DNA from: the human T2T-CHM13v2.0 reference genome, Homo sapiens
Assembly (NCBI RefSeq): GCF_009914755.1
Contig: NC_060933.1
Strand: one strand, 5' to 3'
Length of the DNA stretch: 64,000 nt
This document shows positions 1-27,500 of the stretch, piece by piece (position 1 is the stretch's first letter; every line of letters starts with the position of its first letter). A program made the translations under genes and the position numbers. The notes under the pieces are model-generated. The model was given only the letters and a program-made list of their open reading frames with translations, did no database searches and had not been told where the DNA came from.

Positions 1-31
1 GCTCCCTAACAGCATGGTAGACTCAATATAG

Positions 32-805
32 TGAAGATTAAACTCTGATTTTTTAGTTTGTCCAAATTCCTACCTAAGGGCCCTGGGGACTCATGCCCTA
101 CAAACCATAAAGTCTCATCAGAGGGGTTTTCATTTTAACTCTATATAGTGTGGTCTGTTTTCTAACCTGACTCTGGCATAACATCACATAACAAATAAGG
201 GAAGAAATCAAAATATTTTAACCCTAAATATAATTCCTTGCCATATCTTGACATTGCCCTGAAAAGTTGTCTCTTGTGGGAAAAATCCACATTCCATAGA
301 GAAACCCCTTTCCCGTTTTTTTCCTTCCTTCATTTCCAGATCCAGGAGATAATCAACTAAGAGCCAGGCACCCTTTTACATCGGATAAGAAACATTTTAC
401 AACCTGTTCTTTCTGAAGTCTGCTATCTGAGAGCTTCCTCTGCACAATAAAACTTGTCTCCACAATCCTAACCTAAACATTTCCTTTCTGTTGATCCCAG
501 GTCTTCAGATAAACTCAACCAATTATCAACTGGAAAATATTTAAATCTACCTATAGCCTGGAAGGCCCCCCCTCCGCCAAAAACCAATGTACATCTTAAA
601 TGTATTTCATTGATGTTTCCTGTCTCCCAAAAATGTATAAAACCAGGCTGTGCCCTAACCACCTCAGACTTTTATACATTTTTGGAAGACAGGAAACATC
701 AGGTCTCAGGATCTCCTGAGGGCTGTGTCACAGGCCACGGTCACTCATATTTGGCCCAGAATAAATCTCAAAATATTTTACAGAGTTTGACTCTTTTCAT
801 CGACA
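32..805 (+). mobile_element. MER4-group (ERV1) solo LTR, MER4D/E-like
   Basis: Starts TG and ends ...aaatattttacagagtttgactcttttcatcgaCA, the MER4-type 3' end. 4-bp TSD atag at 28-31 and 806-809. TATA-like tataaaa at 636-642, AATAAA at 760-765. Confidence 0.85.
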
Positions 806-809
806 ATAG

Positions 810-885
810 ATAAGACTTCTTACATAGTGCCTGGCTTTCCCCAGAGCAAGTGTTCCCAGGTGGAAACTGCAAGGCTTCTTAAGAG
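810..885 (-). mobile_element. MLT1-type LTR fragment hosting the MER4 LTR (continues at 1-27)
   Basis: ctccctaacagcatgg...gacttcttacatagtg...ccagagcaagtgttcc...ggaaactgcaaggc resembles the MLT1 consensus on both sides of the insertion. Confidence 0.5.
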
Positions 886-991
886 ACAATTCATGCTCTT
901 TCTCACCCAATATGCATCATCTACTATTTTCAGCATTGGTTTCTTTAGAGGGGGAAAAAGAACTGAAAGACTTTTCCAAAGCTGAGTGTAA

Positions 992-1618
<627 letters not shown>

Positions 1619-1679
1619 ATTATTTCATTTCTAATGATGTGTCTATCCATATCTAACCCCAAAGCAATTTTTAAAAGAA

Positions 1680-2106
1680 GTTTTTGTAGAGACGGGGTCT
1701 CACTGTGCTGCCCATGCTGGTCTCAAACTCCTGGCCTCGAGTGATTCTCCCCCGTCAGCCTCTCAAAGTGCTGGGATTACAGGCGTATACCACCACACCT
1801 GGCCCCCAAAGCAATTTTGAAATACCTTTATCGGCCGGGTGCAGTGGCTCTCGCCTGTAATCCTAGCACCTTGGGAGGCAGAGGCGGGCAGATCACCTGA
1901 GGTCAGAAGTTTGAGAACAGCCTGACCGACATGAAGAAACCCCATCTCTACTAAAAATACAAAATTAGCCGGGCGTGGTGGCGCATGCCTGTAATCCCAG
2001 CTACTCCAGAGGCTGAGGCAGGAGAATCACTTGAACCCGGTGAGCCGAGATCATGCCATTGCCCTCCAGCCTGGGCAACAAGAGTGAAACTCCATCTCAA
2101 AAAAAA
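1680..2106. mobile_element. Alu left monomer (-, 1680-1805) and AluSp (+, 1833-2106), head to head
   Basis: Alu consensus match. TSDs cccaaagcaatttt and gaaatacctttatc. Confidence 0.85.
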
Positions 2107-2473
2107 GAAATACCTTTATCAAGTCTTTCAAAACATTTAGCTGAATTTTCATAGAAGCAGGAACAATCTTTACACTTGCACTTGTGTTTCCACAGTTTAC
2201 TTAATATTTAATTATGTAACGTAATTTCTGTAATAAATAAAACTAACACAAACAGATTTGTGGAGAAACTTCTCAATTGGTAGGCTCAGTAAGTCCCAGA
2301 AACTAGTTTACCAGCTATGAGCATTCAGTGCACATGGGTGTAAATTAGTATATTTTACAGACGGAATAGAGGGCATTGGTTAATACAATTAATCGGTTAA
2401 AAGAGTTTCTAATGTATCTTTTTTGAACCTTTTGAATTGGAAGTACATAAACCACTTTAAGAAACATAGACTC

Positions 2474-2780
2474 GGCTGGGTGCAGTGTCTCACACCTGTA
2501 GTCCTAGCAATTTGGGAGGCCGAGGCAGGCGAATCACTTGAGGCCAGGAATTTGAGACCAGCATGGCCAACATGGTAAAACCCCGTTTCTAGTAAAAATA
2601 CAAAAATTATGAGGGCGTGGTGGCATATGCTTGTAATTCCAGCTACTTGGGAAGCTGAGGCACGAGACTCACTTGAACCCAGGAGACAGAGGTTGCAATG
2701 AGCCAAGATGGCACCACTGCACTCCAGGCTGGGCAACAGAGCGAGACTCGGTCTCAAAAAAAAAAAAAGAAAAAAAGAAA
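2474..2780 (+). mobile_element. AluS
   Basis: Full dimer with poly(A) tail. Confidence 0.9.
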
Positions 2781-2784
2781 CAGG

Positions 2785-3170
2785 CTGTATTGGCTTTCAT
2801 AATCCAAAGCCTGGGGTGGATCTGGCATGACTTGATTCAGGGACTTGAATGATGTGTCAGCTCCCAATCTTCCTCTGTCTCTCAGCTGTGCTTACCACCA
2901 TGTTGGTTTCATACTAGACTCCATGCAGTGATGAGACAGTGATGGCAGCTCCTGGCACAGAAGAGAAAACACGTAACCCTCTCAGCAATCCTAACAAAAA
3001 GTCTCACTACTTTGTATCAGCTAAGATTGGGTATATGCTTGCTTACCTTATACTGATCTGTGACCAGGGAGATGTGATGACCTGAGTGACTTAGGATTGA
3101 GTCCCATGCCTCTCTGAAGCCCTTTCTAACCCCTGGACTGAGAAGAATTGCCTTGGAGCATTCCAGCTTG
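2785..3170 (-). mobile_element. Old MLT1 (J/K-like) LTR fragment
   Basis: ggcatgacttgattcagggacttgaatgatg...ctctcagctgtgctt...gattgggt...tgtgaccagggg resembles MLT1J/K. Confidence 0.5.
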
Positions 3171-3181
3171 CTATTATATAA

Positions 3182-3791
<610 letters not shown>

Positions 3792-4379
3792 CAGAAGTCC
3801 ATTCTTGAAGTAATGATTGGGTTAAGGAAGGACTATGGGCTTCTTGAGGGCAAGAATGGCATTGTGTTTCTGTCTGTATCCTCACTCTTCATACATAGCA
3901 CCCAGCATGTTTCCCTACACACAGCAGACATCACTTAATTGTGAACCAAAAAACTGCAAGCATCTTTCTTCATTCACTGTGTATCTTACTGCTGTTTATA
4001 GAAGACTTGCCCTTGCTGTGCAAAATGCCAGTCCCTATTTGCCTGGGTTTTGTCATCTTTTGATCTCTTGTGCTGCCAGAAGGCCTCAAAGCATAAGTTT
4101 GAATGGGGCTTGGACTCCGAGACCCATAGAGCTAAGCTCCGTATAGAATTCCCTGAGGGAAGCCTTTTCCTTTCCATCTCAAGTCCGGCATATTGCTCTA
4201 TAACACTGGTTATGGTGATGCTGCAGTTTTAATTTTACCTTTTGTGTTTGTTCTAGAGCCACTTTAAAGGACTCTCTTTGGGTCTTTCCCCTAATCCTCC
4301 TTTCTGACCCCCAGCTTCCCTTGGTCCCTCGCTTCCCTGCAGCCACAGCTGCCTGGCTCCAGGGCACTCAGACGGCACT

Positions 4380-4451
4380 GTCGCCTAGGCAACCCAGAAA
4401 GGGGCTTCAATCTACTGTCTCCCCAGAGGGGTTGGGCTGGCCCTGAGCCAG
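4380..4451. promoter_or_regulatory. Candidate RFX X-box (4380-4393) plus full NFI palindrome (4437-4451)
   Basis: GTCGCCTAGGCAAC fits GTYNCC-N2-RGYAAC. CTGGC-CCTGA-GCCAG fits TGGC-N5-GCCA. Both lie in GC-richer, non-Alu sequence. Confidence 0.5.
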
Positions 4452-4701
4452 GAAGAGGCAGGGGGCAGGGGACCTGTACCAGCCCTGCACAGGGCATGTC
4501 GGGAAATAAACAGACTACTGGTGTGCTGTCTGCATTAAGAGATAGGGGGAATGTCATGGGTGTGTTGTCTGTGTGTTATGTAAGCAAACAGCCAAGGATG
4601 CCACTGCCCGCTGAGAGCAAAGAAATGGAACAAGAGAAAGAAGGCCCTCCCGTACATCTTGGACTCAAATCTGCAGTGATGGAGTTAACTGGCCAAGGCT
4701 C

Positions 4702-5161
4702 TGTTTTAGTTTCCTAGGGCTGCTGTAACAAAGTACTACAAACTGGATGGCTCAAAACAACAGAAATGTATCTTCTCACAATTCTGGAGGCTAGAGGTCC
4801 AAAATCAAGGTGTCAGCAGGGCCATGCTCCCTCTGCAACCTGCCAGAGAACTTCCTTGCCTCTTCCTGCTCCTAGTGGTTTGCTGGCAATCTTTGACAAT
4901 CCTTGACTTACAGCCACACATAACTCCAATCTCTGCTTCCATAGTCACATAGCGTTCTCCCTGTTTGCCTCTGTTTTCATGTGGCCTTCTTCATATAAGG
5001 ACACTAGTCATATTAGATTTAGAGCCCACCCTTGCTCCAGTATGACTTCATCTTAACTAATTACTTCTGCACTGACCCTATTTCCTAACAAGCTCATGCT
5101 CTGGCATGGGGATTTGGACTTCAACATATCTTTTTTAGGGGACACAATTCATCCCATAACA
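4702..5161 (-). mobile_element. MLT1C-like solo LTR (MaLR)
   Basis: tgttttagtttcctagggctgctgtaacaaagtac...ggggacacaattcatcccataaca. 5-bp TSD ggctc/gcctc. Confidence 0.85.
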
Positions 5162-5529
5162 GCCTCCCAGATGGGTATGAAATGATGGGAGAGATGGTTT
5201 TAGAAGTTCCCATAGTATAAGAGAAAGCCCTTTCTAGGGCTAATTGACAAGACTAAGGAAGCTCTGGAACACCAGGCTGAGGATCTTGGCTTTGTTTAGT
5301 AGAGGGGAGCCATGAAGGGTCTCAGAGAAGACAGCAGTGTGGCAATCTATAAGACTAAGGGTTTTTGTCATTGGTTGCTTTTTATGTTTTAGTGCCAGTG
5401 AAATGAACCACTCTTTTCTCCAACGCATACTCCCAGCTGCCTCTTTAAGTAACAGCCCTACACAGCCAGTTGTAGCATGACAAAAACCTTCGAAATGAAT
5501 AGCACAGAGTTTGGTGTGGTTCCGAAGTA

Positions 5530-5760
5530 AGACTGCCACTTGCCAGCTGTGTCAGCCTTAGTTGCCTCCTCAGTCAAACGAGGATTATAAAAGTACCAAT
5601 CTCAAAGAGTTGTTACAGGGATTAAATGAGTATGTATGAACTTATATAATATATATATAACATATTACATATATGATATACATACATATATATGTCTAGC
5701 TACCTGTCTCAGAAGAAAGCCTGACAAAGTAAGAACTCAGCAAATGTTCACAATTATTAT
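5530..5760 (+). mobile_element. MIR fragment
   Basis: ctgccacttgccagctgtgt...agttgcctcctcagtcaaa...gttgttacagggattaaatgag matches the MIR core. Confidence 0.6.
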
Positions 5761-5786
5761 GCAAAGATGAGTAGTTAATTTGGCTA

Positions 5787-6167
<381 letters not shown>

Positions 6168-6689
6168 TCACTTTTACTTTATACAATTTTAAAATAAGCA
6201 CATAGTATTTTAATAATGAAAACTTAATTCCATTTAGAAAATTATTAAAATAAAGCATTTTGTATGCAAGCAACATTATTATAGGCATATCTTGAATCTG
6301 CTCTGATTTTCTTCAAGGAAATCATTCATGAATATGCATAGACTATTTCTGGAAGTATCTTCAAGAAGCTGATGACAGCGGTTGCCTCTCAAGAGGGAGA
6401 TTGGGGGACTGGTGTTTGGAGTCAGGGATGGGAAGAAAATGACCTTTATGCTATATTTTCTTTTACAAGATTTAATTTGTTTTTAACCAAATGCATGTAT
6501 TATGAATTCAAATAAATTAAAAGAAAATTTTTAAAAGCTACAATAATTTATAATTACCAATGAATAATGTGTAACTCACCTCATGACTGATCACAACACA
6601 CCAGTGCTTCTGACTGGAGTTGATCCTAAGCAGAGTGCTGACAGTCAAACTCAGGACTCCAAGTCCAGAGGTTTTTTTTGCGGGGGGAG

Positions 6690-7279
6690 GTGAGGGGGAC
6701 AGAGTCTCTTTCTGTCGCCCAGGCTGGAGGGCAGTGGCACAATCTTACCTCACTGCAAACTTGCCTCCCAGGTTCAAGCAATTCTTGTGCCTCAGCCTCC
6801 TTAGTAGCTGGGTCTATAGATGTGCACCACCACACCCGGCTAATTTTTTTTTTTTTTTTTTTGAGACAGAGTTTCGCCCTGTTGCCCAGGCTAGAGAGCA
6901 GTGGCTGGACCTCGGCTCACTACAAGCTCCGCCTCTGGGGTTCACGCCATTCTCCTGCCTCAGCCTCGCGAGTAGGTGGGACTACAGGCCCCACCACCAC
7001 GCCTGGCTAATTTTTTGTATTTTTAGTAGAGATGGGGTTTCACCGTGTTAGCCAGGATGGTCTCGATCTCCTGACCTCATGATCCGCCCGCCTCGGCCTC
7101 CCAAAGTGCTGGGATTACAGGTGTGAGCCACCGTGCCCGGCAATTTTTCTGTTTTTTAAGTACAGACTGGGTTTCGCCATGTTGGCCAGGTTGGTCTCAA
7201 ACTCCTGACCTCATGTGGTCCACCCACCTCGGCCTCCCAAAGTGCTGGGATTACAGGCATGAGTCACAGCATCCAGCCA
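6690..7279 (-). mobile_element. AluS with an AluY (6844-7141) nested in the linker
   Basis: Split outer dimer and an inner dimer with Y-type positions. Confidence 0.85.
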
Positions 7280-7454
7280 TCCACGGCTTTTAATACTACA
7301 TCATTGCCCAGCATAGTTGCCTCAAGGACTGCACCCTTGCAAGCCCAGTACCTCCAGGACCACCCCCCGACTCAACAAGCCATGACAGTAACATCACAAT
7401 TGCCATAGCAGAAAAGTCATGACTGTGGAATTAACTCCTCAACAAACATTAAAT

Positions 7455-8450
<996 letters not shown>

Positions 8451-8616
8451 TTAAACCCCTCTTGGTTCCTTGATTTTCCATCTGCTCAGTCTTCCGGTCT
8501 GATAGACCCTCAATGGACTTTGAACTCCTGACCAACACTTCCTGCCCTTTCTTTCCTGGAATAGAGCCGTATAGTGTTATTACCTGATTGAATCCTAGAG
8601 CTCACCACACACAATT

Positions 8617-8850
8617 CTGATCTCTGCCACAGGCTGAGACCTGACTCCAGCCCAGACTAAGCTCTAATGCTAATCACAGACTGGTCTCTACTCTAATCAC
8701 AGACTAGCTCTTAGCCCCACACACTGAGCCCTAATCACAACTACAGGGTGAACCCTGATCCCAACCATACCCTGAGCCATTACCCCAGCAACAGATTGAG
8801 CTTTCATCCTAGATAGAGGTTTAAACTGATCTGATCCAAATTCAGACTGA
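8617..8850. repeat. Degenerate tandem repeat, unit about 20-25 bp (consensus approximately CTGAGCCCTRATCMCAGCCACAGA)
   Basis: About 10 diverged units. ctaatcacagact recurs exactly at a 23-bp spacing near 8670-8705. Confidence 0.6.
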
Positions 8851-9385
8851 TAAACACAAGTGGGCCAAGCACAGTGTCAGAAATTATTAGAAGATGTCAA
8901 ATTGCAAGAATAAAATGCATTGTAAACTACTATTTCTGTAACCTCTCCTTGGTTCACGTCAAATTTTAATTGTGACTGAATTTTGCTAAGTTGGGGAAAG
9001 AAACTACAATCAACCCCACCCTGACATGTTATAAAGAACAGGCTGGGGGCGGGGGAGTGTGGCTCAAAGAAGCCTAAAGCTGAGCCAGTCTGCAGATGGT
9101 GGCGGGAAGACGGGTAACCTTCTTCCTGTCCTCACAAGATGGCAGGTTTATTTTAAGGGTGTTTTTAACAGCTTAAAAAATGGATTCAAAGAACACTGGG
9201 GGAAGCCTCTGATTTTTGGGCTTCTGCCCATGATGCCTTTTTTTTTTTTTTTTTAACAATGGTATTTGACTCCCAGTGAGATTTGTTCCTTCATTACATT
9301 CTGATCATATTGCTTTTCACATCCCCCTCCCTGCAGAGGCTGTTGGGAAGGAAAAAGGAAACAGCCTTGAAGAATGAATGCTTAG

Positions 9386-10228
<843 letters not shown>

Positions 10229-10690
10229 TAACTGGGCAAGACAACTTGGATGATGAGGCCGCGTGGCATTGTGGAAAAGGCTCTGGACGGAGAGTCAGGA
10301 GACCTGGACAGTCATGCCATCCTATGTCGTGCCACTACAAGTCCCACCCTCTCTCTAGGCCTCCCTTCTCCATCAATAAGAGTAAGGTTTAAGTGCAGCT
10401 CTTTGTAGTGTATTTACATACATTATTTCATTTAATCCTCATGAGAAGCATAATAAGTCCCATTTTATAAAAGTAGCAGGGATTTCGAGAAATTAAGACT
10501 TGCTGAAGGTAACAGAGTAATCAAATAGTTTTGATTGGTTTGGTTTTGTTTAAGTTGAATGTAACCTGCTAATGTTGTTATTTGTCATTAATTCACTAAT
10601 TGACAAACATTAATTCAGCATCTTCATGTGCCAAATACTGTTTTTTGGCTCAAGGAACACGGACGTTTTCAGGAATAATCTTGTTGGTTA

Positions 10691-11362
<672 letters not shown>

Positions 11363-11447
11363 CTTTCTTCTTCTCTTAAGACAAATATGGGTTAACTTTC
11401 CATCTCTGTCCCCCTGGAAGTCTAATAAAGGGGCAATGTCAGCTGTG

Positions 11448-12545
<1,098 letters not shown>

Positions 12546-12679
12546 AATAATGGACATTTCAGGGGCAAATCCAGATCCAGTAGTTTTGAAGATATAATTC
12601 CAACCCTATTTTGTCTGACTCTAGCCATGGTTCTCAATCTTGGCCACACGTTGGACTCACATTGAAATGATATTGAATC

Positions 12680-12968
12680 CCTTGCCACAATGAACACAGC
12701 AATAAAAAAAGAAAGCACTGCTACACACAACATGGATGAATCTCTTGGGCATGATGGTGAAAGAAAGGAGCCAGCCACAAAAGAGTGCAAACTGGGTAAT
12801 TCCACTTATCAGAAGTTCAGATGCAGCCCAAACTAACCAGAATAGTGGCTATTATTGAGGGGGTAGGTATTGACTGGAGGCAGAAGGGAGCCTTCTGGGG
12901 AGCTATAAATATCCTGTATCGTGATCTGTGTGGTGGTTACATGGGTGGGTGTATATATTCATAAAATA
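12680..12968 (+). mobile_element. L1ME-type 3' fragment
   Basis: gctacacacaacatggatgaatctc...gccagccacaaaagagt...ggttacatgggtg. Confidence 0.65.
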
Positions 12969-13559
12969 TGTGAAGGCAGGGAATCTAGAAGCAGAAAGAT
13001 AGGCTGAATCCAAAGGTGGGTGGGGGGCTTAACTAGAGATTTGAGGCCTGAGCTGGAGGCTGAATCTTCTGTAAAAACTCCCACTGACCCTGCAAGGTGG
13101 AAAGTGTGAGCCCCGTGGAAAGGTACTGAATAGTAATTCTATCAGAGGGACCCAAGACTTTGAGAAAGGAGAAATAGGAGAATGGGACCTAGATGTTCAA
13201 CTCCCAAGGGAAGCGGGAAAGCAGCCTGCAGCTGCAACCAAAAGGAAAACTCCACTATGCAAGGAGCTATGAATATAAAAACCCAGGGGAGGTAACATTT
13301 TGTGGATATCAAGTGACAGTTTTGGAGATGGTATTTTACTTTTTATGTGTCTCTTTCTTCCCCCATCTATTTTTAAGACTTTTAATTGCAGGAGAATTAA
13401 ATAAAGTAATGTACGAGGCTTTATTTTAGTCAGACTGGAGCCCAGACAGCACCTGAAATTAGGTCCTGCCTTTGTTAAAGTGGATTAATTTATTCCTAGC
13501 TTCAAGCTGGGATGAAACTTCTGGTGTAAGACCAAATTGAAAGAGAAAATCCAGGAGTC

Positions 13560-13720
13560 ATGCTTCATGACAACTGGCTGAAAGGATGGAGGCCACTGTC
13601 TTGGTGGAGGAAGGATCTCAGGGAAAGCGACAGGACATGGGAAGTGTTTCCATATATCTGAAGGTTTGCCATGTGAGAAAAAGGCAGATTTGCTCAAGAT
13701 GAGTGCAGAGGGGAACAAGG
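13560..13720 (+). mobile_element. L3/CR1 fragment (ORF2 3' region)
   Basis: ggacatgggaagtgtttccatatatctgaaggtttgccatgtg...gatttgctc resembles the L3 'GDMITVFKYLKG' region. Confidence 0.5.
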
Positions 13721-14493
13721 AAATTCTATGTGGAAATTCTTGGAATTCTTGGGGGCACCAGAGTTGCTTGAACCCAGGAGGTGGAGGTTGGAGTAAGCCT
13801 AGATCGAGCCACTGCACTCCAGCCTGGGTGAAAGAGTGACTCTGTCTCAAAAAAAGAAAGAAAGAAAGAAAGAAAAACACTTTTCTTCTGACATATTCAA
13901 ATAATATCATCAGCGTTAACAAAGATAGACAGCTAAAGTCATAAATTTGTGTTCTAAGTGATTCAAAGCTGTGCAAGTATTGATATGAACAACTATATTT
14001 GTGTAGACAGGGAATGATAATATCACCCATGTAGAGATGGCAGGATGAGTGATCTTCACTGGAATTACACCAGCATGCTCCTGCTCTTCCTTTTTCATTT
14101 TTTTTCAGGTTTTTAAAATAATCTACCATATTTTTATTGGTTGCAAGAAATATTTTCCCTTCTCCAGATTTGGAGAACAGGATTTTCTTCCCTCCTCCCT
14201 GCAACCCATTCCAGTTGCTCACCCTGTGTTTGGCTTGACTAGCCAAGTGATTCCCTCCTGCATGAAATTCTTACATTGCTCTTGATTCAAATTCATACTA
14301 GGTGTTTAAAAATGCATAATCTCAGTTAATCCTCTCAACAGCCCACAATATCAGTATAATTATTCTCATTACAATTAAATTCATGTCTTGGATCTTTGAG
14401 GCTGTTTGTGAGTAGCTGAAACAATGAATAGTAATTCACAAATGTCAAGGGTCTATTCTAATTTACCTGTCTGTCTCCCAAAATAGACTATGA

Positions 14494-16463
<1,970 letters not shown>

Positions 16464-16592
16464 TGCATTTCTATTTTTAACTTGTATAAATTTAATGAGT
16501 ATAAGTGGAATATGCATTTATTTTAGTTTAGGAAATATATAAAAAGCACATCAAGCTCTGATTTTATAGATAAGGATATTATATAGTGGTCA

Positions 16593-18240
<1,648 letters not shown>

Positions 18241-18452
18241 TTAAAATTTAAAAAATAAGAAAATGTAAAGGACTTTGACAAATGTACCGGCTCAGAACAT
18301 TCTGAGAAGACAATTTTTTAATGTAAAGGTGATGATTGAATAGTTGGATATGTGCACGTTTAGCAAAAATGGGTTAGGCACAGTTAAGAGTAGGTATTTT
18401 ATTCAGGAAGAATAGAAGGCAACTAGATGGGGGAGTTTGGCCTGAGTTTTGA

Positions 18453-18782
<330 letters not shown>

Positions 18783-19789
18783 TGATTGTATTTTCAAGTA
18801 TGCCTTCCTGGATTAACAAAGGGTCAAATAGAAACCCTGCAACCTGTTTTCCTATAACTGAATGTGAGTGAATATTTTATCAGAATTGGGTTCAAATCCT
18901 GCTTCTGCCACTTCCCAGCTTGTGCCCTCTGCCAAGTCACTTAACCACTCTGAGTTTGTGAAAAAGTTACGTTGTCAGGAGCAACTATGAGAATGTCAAA
19001 ATGCCTCGAAAGGGAGAGTGAGAAAAAGACTGAAAGAAAGATGAAGAAAAAGAAAAAAAAAAATGACAAAAGAGAGGAAGCCAGGTTGGAAGGACTATAA
19101 GAAGAATGGGAGCTGGTAAAATTATTTCAGACTTTATGTGCTGAAATAGTCATTCTTGTCACAAGCTGCTAGATTTTCTTCTTATGAAAACATTTCTAAG
19201 GTGGCAGATGAATATATTTTTAAAATTTTTCCTGAAACATAACACTCCAACAGGATGTGTTAGAGAAATGCCAAGAAAAGAAGGCAGAAGGAGGTAAAGT
19301 CCTTGAATGAAAAGGAAGATAAAGGGATCTATGCATGGACCTAGTGGGGCAGAAGTCCCACCTCCTCTATGAAGCCCCACTGGGTTCCTGGGTGGAGCTG
19401 ACTGTCTCCTCCTTAGACCCCTGCTATATTTACACACCTTCTACTAGGGCCAGTGCAATGGCTTAGGAGCATCTCTGTTTGTCATTCCCATTAGATAATA
19501 ATCCCCTTAACTGCTGGGACTGTCTTATTTATCTTACGTATTCCCAGTCCTTCTCACAGGACCTGGTCCATATGATATGCTTGATAAACATCTGTTGAAT
19601 GAATGAGCCTGTTTCTAGGAACTTGCAGTGATGATCTTTGAGGGATAAATGGAGGTCAGGAAGACATTTGGCCTGGAGTGTGTCTGGGGAGACATACTTA
19701 CTGTTTTCCAATAGTTGAAGAACTGTCTTGGGGAAGTGTATTTTTAAAATGTGCTCTGTCGTCCTTAATGGCACAGCTAGAACTAAGAA

Positions 19790-21888
<2,099 letters not shown>

Positions 21889-22343
21889 CCCTAGTGTTTT
21901 TATTTTCCTTTCAGTCTCTTCCTAGCTATAAACATGGATAATTGAATAAAACTTCTCAACATTGCAACTTCTCTTTCTGTAGGAAACAACCCTGTTCAAT
22001 CCCATTGTCTGCCTCCATGAAGACTTCCCTTACATTCATTAACTAGATGACATTGCATAGTCACTTCCTTCTGAGAGCTTGTTTTTCTATCTGTAATGAA
22101 GACAGGAGAGGGAGGAATGTCTATTTCTATTTTTAGCAGTCCATTTCCACAAGTGTATGTTAATTTTGTAAAGAAAGAAAAGATTTTTAAAAATTGAACT
22201 AAACTGCTGTCTAATGTCCCTTTTTGCTCTGACATTTTTTGAGCCTGAGAATCTAAGCCTCCTTCTCTTTCCCCTGTTCCCATTGCCCTCCTCCATTCCT
22301 AGCTTCTCTCTCTCTCTGGCCTTAGAATGCAAAACTCCATTGA

Positions 22344-23710
<1,367 letters not shown>

Positions 23711-23862
23711 TCAGCCTATGTTTTCATTTGAGCACTTTTCTTTATAATTTCACGTTGTCATCCTCATCTAGTACCCAATTTCCTTTAGGGAAATCCAGCA
23801 GTTGAGTTACAGAATGATAGACTTAAAAGTGTGCAAACTGGATAACAAAGAAATCATGTTCC

Positions 23863-25494
<1,632 letters not shown>

Positions 25495-26354
25495 TAAAGA
25501 GAATACAAAATGTAAAAATTAGGAATATATGAAAAGGCATTTCTGACATTTCTGGGAAAAATGACAAGATTCGGTGAGATTAAAACCCAGTCAAAAATCA
25601 CCTGGGATTCAGTAGCAGCTGCCCTAGTATCGCAGACACTCTCCAGTTGGTCTTCAGTCTCTGTCCCTTCCTGTTATCACCTGACCCCCACCAAGGTCAA
25701 TATCAATTCCAATACACTGTTAAACCCAGCCCACTTCGCTAGAGGCCAACCCCTATAGACAAATGAGTGTATGACTCCAAGATTAGAATGAGCCTATGGA
25801 TCAACAAACACGCAGAATTATTTGCAGTCAATTAGTAAAATGTCAAATGCAGTTGATGAGATTGCTTTACAAAAGTGTCTGGACCTGGCGTATCACAGGC
25901 ACTCAACAGAAAGTAATTGCTATGACTAGTATTAAAATTATTATTACTTAACTGAGATGCATCTTCTTACTTTGAGGACAATCTTGCATCAGTGACATAT
26001 CCAAGAAAACGGAGTCGGTGACTTCTCTGATGGAAAGCAGTCTCAACCTATCTTTTTCCAGTCCTCCAGGACTTTTGCTGAGTAATGTTTTCTTCATTTT
26101 GTTACAGAGTTGTTTATAACGTGGGAGCCCAGAGGAGTCACTGACTCTATCAGGATGAGGGCACAGCATCACTGGAAGAAACCTCTTTATTCCAGGTTTC
26201 ATGTATTCACATGGAAGAACCTCCTTTAGGGAAGTAGTGGCTTATATAATTGGTTAGTTTGGAAGAAGGGACAACAGCATATACAGGGCTTAGCATTTAC
26301 CTTTCTGTTTTTATTTGGCACAACCTTACATGAACCTGGTACATATCGTGACCT

Positions 26355-27500
<1,146 letters not shown>

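Noticed and set aside
8617-8850. CRISPR-like or other repeat-spacer array
   Set aside because: The units are degenerate and contiguous with no unique spacers, the context is eukaryotic, and there are no associated genes.
13485-14246. Longest ORF (253 aa, minus strand)
   Set aside because: It runs through an Alu fragment and antisense L3-like sequence, and I recognise no domain in it.
26085-26230. Strong-looking splice acceptor ttttcttcattttgttacag at about 26108
   Set aside because: There is no convincing donor or recognisable reading frame, so an exon cannot be supported without transcript data.
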